DNA of 64,000 nucleotides from Parachlamydiales bacterium (GTDB lineage Bacteria; Chlamydiota; Chlamydiia; Chlamydiales; SM23-39): NCBI GenBank assembly GCA_050302075.1, contig JBNLAH010000006.1, positions 139,589 to 203,588 of the forward strand, read 5' to 3'. Shown piece by piece: positions 57,256 to 64,000 of this stretch (position 1 is its first letter; each line of letters starts with the position of its first letter). The notes under the pieces were generated by a model. It saw only the letters and a program-made list of their open reading frames with translations, ran no database searches and was not told where the DNA came from. The position numbers and the translations under genes were made by a program.

Positions 57256-59716
57256 AATGATCTGAAGCCTTTAATTTATCAAGCTTAAGGCGATAGATTT
57301 TCTCTTCGATACTATCGATTGTAAGATATTTTTTTGCAATCAATGAGCGAGATCTACCCAATCGATGAGCTCTATCTATCGCCTGCTTTTCTACAGCTTC
57401 ATTCCACCAAGGATCAAAAATAAAGACATAGTCAGCAGCTTGTAAGTTAAGACCATAACCTGCAGCTTTTAAACTTATCAAAAACACGCAAGGGGAATCT
57501 CCATTTTGAAATTCTTCTATCATGGACATTCTTTCGTTGATTGAAGTTTGTCCATCTAAATATAAAACTTTATACCCATTTAATTTATCCTTGATTCTCC
57601 GAAGCATCTTTGTAAACTGACTGAATACCAGAATCTTATGACTCAAAGCTACGCTCTTAATATCTGAGAGTGCTTGGCTCAGCTTTGAGCTTGGAGCATT
57701 TGATTCAATAAGAAAAGGGTCACAGCATACTTGTCTTAGCCTTAACAAAATCTCAAATACATGCATTTTATTTTTTTTAACCGCTTCCTTACTATTAAAA
57801 GAAGCCTTAGCATTATTTAATATCTCATCATATACCGACTTTTGCTCTTCACTCATATCTACATAAACAATTTGTTCTATTTTCTCTGGTAAATCAACTT
57901 CTACCGAAGACTTCGTCCTTTTCAATAAGAAAGGAGCTATTGTTGAATGGATTTTTTTATCATCCATTTTCGAATTTATAAGATTGGGAATTAAGAAGTT
58001 AAATTGAGAAACAAGATCATCTATACTGTTTTCAATAGGTGTTCCATTTAAGCAAATTTTAAAATTTGCATTAAGCATCGAGGCCGATTTATTTGTTTTA
58101 GTTTTATCATTTTTAATAAAGGTTGACTCATCAAGTACTACACATTCAAATTTAACGTGGGAAAGTTTTTCCGCATCTTCTCTTAGAGTGCCGTAAGTTG
58201 TGATCGTAAAAGAGTTTAATTTAAAAGAGCACTTTCTATCAGGACCATAGTAAGTGCTTACGTCAGCTGACGGGAAAAACCGCTTAAATTCTGACTTCCA
58301 ATTGTTTACTAGTGATTTGGGAGCAATTATTATTACTGGGCAAAAATTTCTTAGTCGGGAAAAAAATGCCAATATTTGAACTGTTTTCCCCAATCCCATT
58401 TCGTCGGCTAGAAGAGCACTGAATTTATTTTCATATAAAAAATTTAACCAACTTAGCCCTTTTTTTTGATAGTCCAACAACTTTCCTAAAAATTTTTCTG
58501 AAGGTAGGACTTCAGGAAATGCTTTGTTTTCCACCAGGGTTTTCCTTAGCTCAAGAAGACTCTCTTCTAGATCCTCATTTTTAGCTGTTAAGGCTATTTT
58601 AGCTATAGGTAAAGAAGTGCTTTTCTCCTCTATGAAGCATTTGATTTTTTTCTGGTATTTATTCCAATCGATAAGGGCTGTTTTCTCCCCTAGCTCTAAG
58701 AAATTTCTTTGTTTAAGGCAGGTTTGAAAAATAGGCTCAGTTTCTACAAGTTCCTCATCAAAGGTAATTTGTGCATTTAATTTCAGTTCATTATTTTCGC
58801 GCTTTATCTCAATTTTACTTGTTGCTTCTAAAACTACAGTCTTTTTTAGATGATCTACTACTTGCCAACCAATTTCAATTAACAGCTTTAGAGCCTCAAA
58901 AACCTTAGGATAAGGGCAGTAGAAGGCATTTTCGCCAATCTTAGTTTCATATCCTGATTCGATTAAGTCATTTTTAAATTCCCTTTCCTCTTTTAGACAG
59001 CGAACATAAGCTTCTTCATTTGAAAATGCATCCACAAGCAAATCATCATATTTGAACTTAAGTTTTGCTGAAATTCCTCCTGGGTCAGTTAAAAAAAGCA
59101 CAGGGATTGGAGGTTTTTTAATAGCTTCCTCAAAAATAATTTTAAGCTCAAAGTCCTCTAAAAAATATTTGGCATCTCTTTTTTCTAGAACGATATGGTC
59201 TTGCTTCAAAATTTTTAGCCACCTTTTTTCTATTTTAGAACCAAAAACGTAAAGTCCCTTTGAAACTACTACTATAGATTCATTAATGAAACTGCACTCG
59301 CTTATTTTAAAAAGTGCGTCTTTAGCTTTGACAAAAGGGCTGACTTTTAGTGTGTCATTAGATTTTTTACACTTAAAGACTAGATCAGCTGAAGACCTTT
59401 CAATATTTATTTTGCTTTTATTAAAAAATACTATTTCTACATCTTGTAACTTCTCAACTAGCTTCATCAAAATATTTTCATCAAAAGCAAGATTGTTCAT
59501 CTCAACTGTATCACTTGATACAGAGTGTCCTTTTGAGCGGAGAGCTTTAATCTGATTCTCAATTATAAAAGAAGAAAAAGCAGGAAGTTTTTTTTTAATA
59601 TCATCTTTGTAGATTTTTCTAGATTCAGTTTTCACTAGCTTAGAATCTTTTCGTGACCCTTTGATAATTTCAATAGATAGTTTATCATCTAAAGTATTGA
59701 TATTAAAAAAAAACAT
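57206..59716 (-). CDS. SNF2-family (SWI2/SNF2) helicase/ATPase
   Basis: LADEMGLGKT, LDES, GTPIEN, LRQVCCDP, FSQF, GLNL, DPWWN and QAIDRAHRLG motifs. Confidence 0.93.
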   Translation of the reverse strand: MFFFNINTLDDKLSIEIIKGSRKDSKLVKTESRKIYKDDIKKKLPAFSSFIIENQIKALRSKGHSVSSDTVEMNNLAFDENILMKLVEKLQDVEIVFFNKSKINIERSSADLVFKCKKSNDTLKVSPFVKAKDALFKISECSFINESIVVVSKGLYVFGSKIEKRWLKILKQDHIVLEKRDAKYFLEDFELKIIFEEAIKKPPIPVLFLTDPGGISAKLKFKYDDLLVDAFSNEEAYVRCLKEEREFKNDLIESGYETKIGENAFYCPYPKVFEALKLLIEIGWQVVDHLKKTVVLEATSKIEIKRENNELKLNAQITFDEELVETEPIFQTCLKQRNFLELGEKTALIDWNKYQKKIKCFIEEKSTSLPIAKIALTAKNEDLEESLLELRKTLVENKAFPEVLPSEKFLGKLLDYQKKGLSWLNFLYENKFSALLADEMGLGKTVQILAFFSRLRNFCPVIIIAPKSLVNNWKSEFKRFFPSADVSTYYGPDRKCSFKLNSFTITTYGTLREDAEKLSHVKFECVVLDESTFIKNDKTKTNKSASMLNANFKICLNGTPIENSIDDLVSQFNFLIPNLINSKMDDKKIHSTIAPFLLKRTKSSVEVDLPEKIEQIVYVDMSEEQKSVYDEILNNAKASFNSKEAVKKNKMHVFEILLRLRQVCCDPFLIESNAPSSKLSQALSDIKSVALSHKILVFSQFTKMLRRIKDKLNGYKVLYLDGQTSINERMSMIEEFQNGDSPCVFLISLKAAGYGLNLQAADYVFIFDPWWNEAVEKQAIDRAHRLGRSRSLIAKKYLTIDSIEEKIYRLKLDKLKASDHFIPQSLDSDDLYHLLH

Positions 59717-59748
59717 TCTTCATCTTTTTATCAGTTTAAGGACATATT

Positions 59749-60552
59749 ATGCACCCGAAGTTAAAAATTTTCCAAGAAAAGGATAAAAGCTTTGATGAAA
59801 GAGAAAAAAAAGCGCAGCTTCACTCTCCTATCAAAACTCTTAAAACTCTACCTAAAATGAAAGGGATTACTTCAGAAACTAAGAAAAATCTTCGTTTTAA
59901 GGCCTTTCGCTATCTTCTTCTTAACGATCATAACAAAGTTTTTTTTCGCTATTTCTTGAGAAGGCCATTTAAGCATTTCGTAGGATTATTCAAATCATAT
60001 TTAAAAAAAAATTCTTACAAAAAAGAAGGAGATTTTTTTCTATTTAATATCAGTAGCACTGAAGAGTTTAAAAAAATTATCAAAGAAGACAACTCTATTT
60101 TCTTACTTGGATTCTCCTATTGTCATAAACCTTTAGAGTGCCCCTCAGGCAGATTTACAGATAAATGCATGCATGATTTTAATAATTTTACCTGCCAACA
60201 GTGCTTTATTGGCAAATGTGCTTATCTTATGGAGAATACAAAAGCAAGACTGCTTTTTATTCCAACGATTCATTATATTGGTGAAAAAATTTTTGAACTC
60301 AAGAAGAAATATCCAACTAAAAAAATATCTTTTTTAATTACTGCCTGTGAGCTAAGCCTCGAGATGTTCAAAGACTTTGGCAACATGTTAGAATTACCAG
60401 GTATTGGAGTTCGCTTAGATGGACGTATTTGTAACACCATGAAAGCCTTCAAGCTTTCGGAAAAAGGTATAAAACCCAATCTTACTGTTGTTTTAGAAGA
60501 AACTCAAAAAAATATATTAGATATATTAAAAGAAATACATCTTATTTCCTAA
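59749..60552 (+). CDS. Cys-rich hypothetical protein (DUF116-like, possibly metal-binding)
   Basis: YCHKPLECP, CQQCFIG and ITACE motifs. Confidence 0.55.
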   Translation: MHPKLKIFQEKDKSFDEREKKAQLHSPIKTLKTLPKMKGITSETKKNLRFKAFRYLLLNDHNKVFFRYFLRRPFKHFVGLFKSYLKKNSYKKEGDFFLFNISSTEEFKKIIKEDNSIFLLGFSYCHKPLECPSGRFTDKCMHDFNNFTCQQCFIGKCAYLMENTKARLLFIPTIHYIGEKIFELKKKYPTKKISFLITACELSLEMFKDFGNMLELPGIGVRLDGRICNTMKAFKLSEKGIKPNLTVVLEETQKNILDILKEIHLIS

Positions 60553-60561
60553 AAAAGTCAT

Positions 60562-60592
60562 AAAAAAAGCCTCCAAATTGGAGGCTTTTTTT
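60562..60592. terminator. Bidirectional intrinsic terminator
   Basis: AAAAAAAGCCTCCAA-A-TTGGAGGCTTTTTTT between convergent genes. Confidence 0.85.
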
Positions 60593-60617
60593 CCTGTAAA
60601 CCACATTACTAGTTGTT

Positions 60618-61364
60618 TTATAGCTCATCACCTGAATGTGCGTCACCATCTGGATTTGTACCAGTTGGATTTGTACCAGTTGATGGATCTAGTTTTGATG
60701 GATCTAGTTTTGATGGATCTAGTTTTGATGGATCTAGTTTTGATGGATCTAGTTTTGGTGTATTCTTACATATTTTTCTTTTGCAAGAAGAATATTTAGA
60801 TGCTACGCCTGACTTAATTTTGCCGAAAACACCATATTTATAAGCTCCAGCAACAGCACCCAAAGCAGTAGCACCACCACCAATAATGGTAGCCCAGCTA
60901 TATCCTGTTGGTGTAGGTGCTCTGAATGCATATCTATATGCAACATAAGACAGAGCAACTGCTGTTGTAGCTACAGATACTTTAGCTATTTTCTTTTTGT
61001 TTTCACCAACAAATTCTTTTGTTCTTTCAGCTGCTTCTTTAACATTTTCTTTTGCAATGTTTAAAGCAACAATTAATCTATCTTTAAATGTAGGTGCTGC
61101 AGCTTTTTTAAATGGTCTAGCTACATGATGCGCCACATCTTTAATAAAGTTAATAGGTAGTAGTAGTATAGCTTTTACTAGAGCTACTACTTTTGAAATA
61201 GTCCCTTCAGATTGTGATATTTCTGAAAAAGACCCACGCATGTTAGGTAAGTTTGTCGGCGCTGTTGGCCTGTTAAATAAACTTATTTGCATTTTAGACT
61301 CCTTTTTCTGGAAGATATTATTAATTTGTCCGTTAATTATATTTATTCTACTCTTTTTTTTCAC
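60618..61364 (-). CDS. Dispersed family member with (KLDPS)5 tail
   Basis: LPNMRGSFSEISQS..SKVVALVKAILLLPINFIKDVAHH module and two hydrophobic lobes; the start is probably the downstream Met (MQISLFN). Confidence 0.82.
   Translation of the reverse strand: MKKKSRINIINGQINNIFQKKESKMQISLFNRPTAPTNLPNMRGSFSEISQSEGTISKVVALVKAILLLPINFIKDVAHHVARPFKKAAAPTFKDRLIVALNIAKENVKEAAERTKEFVGENKKKIAKVSVATTAVALSYVAYRYAFRAPTPTGYSWATIIGGGATALGAVAGAYKYGVFGKIKSGVASKYSSCKRKICKNTPKLDPSKLDPSKLDPSKLDPSKLDPSTGTNPTGTNPDGDAHSGDEL
60651..60756. repeat. Coding 15-bp tandem repeats
   Basis: (GATGGATCTAGTTTT)x5 at 60682-60756 and (TGGATTTGTACCAGT)x2 at 60651-60680. Confidence 0.95.
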
Positions 61365-61697
61365 CCTAAATTTTAAAAAAAGAATAAAAAACTAAGCAAA
61401 AGTCAAAAAATCGATTAAAGTTTATGCTTTATTAAGAAAATAAAGCTTTAATACAATCAAATAAAATTTACATTTTTCAACTTTGCTCTTATTTCTTTGC
61501 TTTAAAGAATAATTTATTCTTTAAAATCTAACTTTTCACATCCTTTTCATTCACCAAACAAAAAGAACTCCAGCCTTTTAACAATTAAGCTTCTTCTTTA
61601 GACAAATAAAAAGCTTCACTATTAAGCTAACATCTGTTTTTTAGGGATAATCTTATAAATGATTACCCCTTTTATCACAAAAATTCTTTTTTCTAAG

Positions 61698-62756
61698 TTA
61701 TATCCCAAAGCTGTCAATCACTGGTAATTGTGAACCTTCATTTCTTGGAACAACTCTTTTATTTCCTACAGAACTTTCTTGTTTAGGAGGCTCTTTTTGT
61801 GGTTGTGTATTCGCAGCCACCAAACCTGGCAAAAGAAATCCCTTTTGAAGAGTGGTTGTTCCACTTGTAACACGCCTACGATTCGCCCAAGCCAGTCTAA
61901 CAGATTTGCCTCTAGCTTTAAGGATCCTATTAGCGAATTCTTCATTTTCAAGCTTTGTAGGTGTAGGTGTTTCATCTCCAGGCTGTTGCTGTGGCTGTAT
62001 AGGTGTAGGTGTTTCATCTTCAGGCTGTTGCTGTGGCTGTATAGGTGTAGGTGTTTCATCTTCAGGCTGTTGCTGTGGCTGTATAGGTGTAGGTGTAGGT
62101 GTAGGTGTTTCATCTTCAGGCTGTTGCTGTGGCTGTATAGGTGTAGGTGCTTTTTTATCTTCAGGTTTTGGCTGTGGCTGTGTAGGTGTAGGTGTAGGTG
62201 CTTTTTTATCTTCAGGTTTTGGCTTTGTTGGTGAAGATGGTTTATCTTCAGGCTTTGGCTTAACAGCACTTCTATTAAAACAAGATTTATAAGCACTAAA
62301 GCCTAAAATTAGACTAGTTACAACACCACCGGCAATAATCCACTTATTTATCGGCTCTGGCTCTGAAGGCATTACATATGAGTAGCCTGTATAAGCTCCA
62401 CCTAACGCCAATGCAGCTAAAGATACCCTGACAATTGTTTCTTTATTTTTATTAGCGAATTCTCTCGTTTTTTCAGCTAAGGTTTCAGATTTCTGCTTTA
62501 CTATATTTAGAGCAGTGATAACCCTATCTTTTAATGAAGGCTCAGCAGCTTTTTTAAATGGCCTAGTTACATGATATGCAACATCTTTAACTAAATTAAT
62601 CGGAAATAGAACTATAGCTTTCACTAAGGTTACTATTTTTGAAATTGTTCTATTAGACTGTGATATTTCTGAAAAAGTCCCACGAGTGTTAGGGAAGTTT
62701 ACCGGCTTTGAATTTTGGCTTAACAAGTTAATTAACATTTTAAAACCTTTTAGCAA
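61698..62756 (-). CDS. Dispersed family member with Pro/Thr/Gln-rich repeat stalk
   Basis: FPNTRGTFSEISQS..LVKAIVLFPINLVKDVAYH module; PEDETPTPIQPQQQ and KPKPEDK repeats. Confidence 0.85.
   Translation of the reverse strand: MLKGFKMLINLLSQNSKPVNFPNTRGTFSEISQSNRTISKIVTLVKAIVLFPINLVKDVAYHVTRPFKKAAEPSLKDRVITALNIVKQKSETLAEKTREFANKNKETIVRVSLAALALGGAYTGYSYVMPSEPEPINKWIIAGGVVTSLILGFSAYKSCFNRSAVKPKPEDKPSSPTKPKPEDKKAPTPTPTQPQPKPEDKKAPTPIQPQQQPEDETPTPTPTPIQPQQQPEDETPTPIQPQQQPEDETPTPIQPQQQPGDETPTPTKLENEEFANRILKARGKSVRLAWANRRRVTSGTTTLQKGFLLPGLVAANTQPQKEPPKQESSVGNKRVVPRNEGSQLPVIDSFGI
61960..62260. repeat. Coding ~42-bp tandem repeat with nested GGTGTA hexamers
   Basis: Unit GGTGTTTCATCTTCAGGCTGTTGCTGTGGCTGTATAGGTGTA repeated about 4 times plus variants. 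Confidence 0.9.
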
Positions 62757-63228
62757 GAATTTATTTCTTTTAATTATATATAATTAGTAATTTTTTATCA
62801 TTTTTTATAAAAAAAAACAAGTTATTAACTAATTAAAAAATTGATTAGCAATCTTTCGGGAAACGATTAAAACAAAATTTTAACAAAAATTCTACTACTA
62901 AAATTTCAAATCTAAAAAAAGCTTTTTTTAAATTTTTTTTTACAATTATCCTCGCTTTTTATTGTTAATTATATACATAAACTTCATTGAGAGCATCAAT
63001 TCAACACTTCCCTTTTTATCAAAAGCTGAGCTCAAGCCCTTAAAAAAATTTATTAACCAAACCTATTTGGGTTGTAAAAGCTGCTTTATAACCTAACTGA
63101 AAAGAACAAAATAAAGATCACCTACCCTGTCAGATTGTAACTACAAAAATTTCCATAAATCGCTATTTTAACCAAAGCTTATATAGAAAAAAGGTGTATC
63201 GCAACACTAAGCATATTTTTGAGCTTAA

Positions 63229-63350
63229 CTATACGACATATTTAGTTAAATTAATCGAGAATAAACCTATAGCTTTTACTTTTTAAATCTCCCATCAGAT
63301 CTGACTGTGATTTTTCTAAAAAAGACTCTCCCGTATTAGGTAAGCGGGCT
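63229..63350 (-). pseudogene. Decayed N-terminal module of the paralogue family
   Basis: Reads RLPNTGESFLEKSQSD, then frameshifted VKAIGLFSINLTKYVV*; compare FPNTRGTFSEISQSN...VKAIVLFPINLVKDVAY. Confidence 0.72.
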
Positions 63351-63385
63351 AGAACTACGAAATTATTTTTAAAATTCTTATACTA

Positions 63386-63409
63386 AAAAGCCCTCAATTG
63401 AGGGCTTTT
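63386..63409. terminator. Intrinsic terminator downstream of the 63442 ORF
   Basis: Perfect palindrome AAAAGCCCTCAATTGAGGGCTTTT. Confidence 0.75.
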
Positions 63410-63441
63410 GTTCGCTCTTAAGTAAGAAAAAAAAACTTTTC

Positions 63442-64000
63442 TTACTCGTCAACCCTAACTTCATCTTCATTATGAGCACCAATTACTCCTTGCTCACTTA
63501 ATCTTCTTTTACCTCTAGGATTAGGAAGAAGTGCTAATGGACCAAAAAGAGTGCCAGGAGCCTTAGCGCTCAGAGTTGGAGCATGACTACTTCCACTTAA
63601 TCTTCTTTCAGGTTGTTGCGCGCCGGCTTCCCCTAAATCACCATCCTCACTCCCACTATCCCAAAGGTGTCTATTATCTCGGTGCTTGCGAGGAGCCTGA
63701 GGTCGATTAACAACAACATCTTCTAGTTCTAGATTATTATCGTTAAAATCAGGGACGAAAGCCGAACTTTGTGCTTGAAGAGGTTGACCTCCTCCCAAAT
63801 GCTCATCCTCATCTGAGGTTCCTTGATCATCTATATGAAGCGCATCAACCCGCCTAAAACCTACACCTCCACTAGGAGCAGCAACATAATCACTTATAAC
63901 TCTAGAAGAAGGTGATTGTCCTTGATGAAATCCAGCAAATGGTGGTGCATCAGGTGCAATCAGCTGGCCTTCTCTCATTAACCTATTACTAGGGAAGGGA
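63442..64000 (-). CDS. Partial CDS (5' end beyond the window), disordered acidic/Pro-rich C-terminus
   Basis: The frame stays open upstream of ATG 63978 to the window edge (PFPSNRLMREG...). Confidence 0.7.
   Translation of the reverse strand, partial: PFPSNRLMREGQLIAPDAPPFAGFHQGQSPSSRVISDYVAAPSGGVGFRRVDALHIDDQGTSDEDEHLGGGQPLQAQSSAFVPDFNDNNLELEDVVVNRPQAPRKHRDNRHLWDSGSEDGDLGEAGAQQPERRLSGSSHAPTLSAKAPGTLFGPLALLPNPRGKRRLSEQGVIGAHNEDEVRVDE

Noticed and set aside
693..59555. Numerous short antisense or nested ORFs in the track (e.g. 3014-3343, 5193-5540, 12731-13174, 51589-52032)
   Set aside because: They lie wholly or largely within well-supported genes and show no recognisable motifs
57206..59716. 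SNF2 helicase as part of an anti-phage system
   Set aside because: It is stand-alone with no defence partners, and SNF2 helicases are ordinary chlamydial genes
60578..60843. Plus-strand ORFs with MDLVL and DGSSF repeats
   Set aside because: These are antisense shadows of the (KLDPS)5 repeat
60651..62260. Short direct repeats as a CRISPR array
   Set aside because: The units are contiguous, have no unique spacers, are in-frame within coding sequence, and no cas genes are present
61766..62296. Alternative-frame ORFs (His/Leu-, Cys/Arg- and Gly/Cys-rich) in the track
   Set aside because: These are shadows of the stop-free tandem repeat inside the 352-aa gene

Overview
AT-rich window that most likely comes from an environmental member of the phylum Chlamydiota. 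The evidence is the gene order yebC-GNAT-prfB...SWIB-truA-HAD...ctcB/ctcC...recO-yidD-pheT-MORN, which matches the Chlamydia backbone as I recall it, plus a stand-alone SWIB protein and a UGP3-like uridylyltransferase. The main feature is a ~16 kb tandem array of 15 co-oriented paralogues inserted just upstream of prfB (3612-19935). They share a conserved ~65-aa N-terminal module and a two-lobed hydrophobic anchor, and carry highly variable C-terminal cargo. The same module recurs elsewhere in the window: fused to a kinase-like domain (50757-52325), on two VNTR-bearing proteins (60618-62756), and as dead fragments (11281-11344, 63229-63350, possibly ~10280-10440). This looks like an expanding, birth-and-death family of Inc-like membrane effectors, but the function is inferred. 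Features missing from the ORF track include the prfB +1 frameshift, a TPP riboswitch with a UGAAA variant ahead of an MFS transporter, three tRNAs, a MerR/serine-recombinase scar at tRNA-Leu, an internally deleted tyrP-like pseudogene and a canonical sigma54 promoter. Also notable are a pair of Cys-loop membrane proteins with BTB/BACK-like regions and a duplicated promoter, and a TrxB with a signal-peptide-like leader. All family assignments come from reading motifs by eye; no searches were run.
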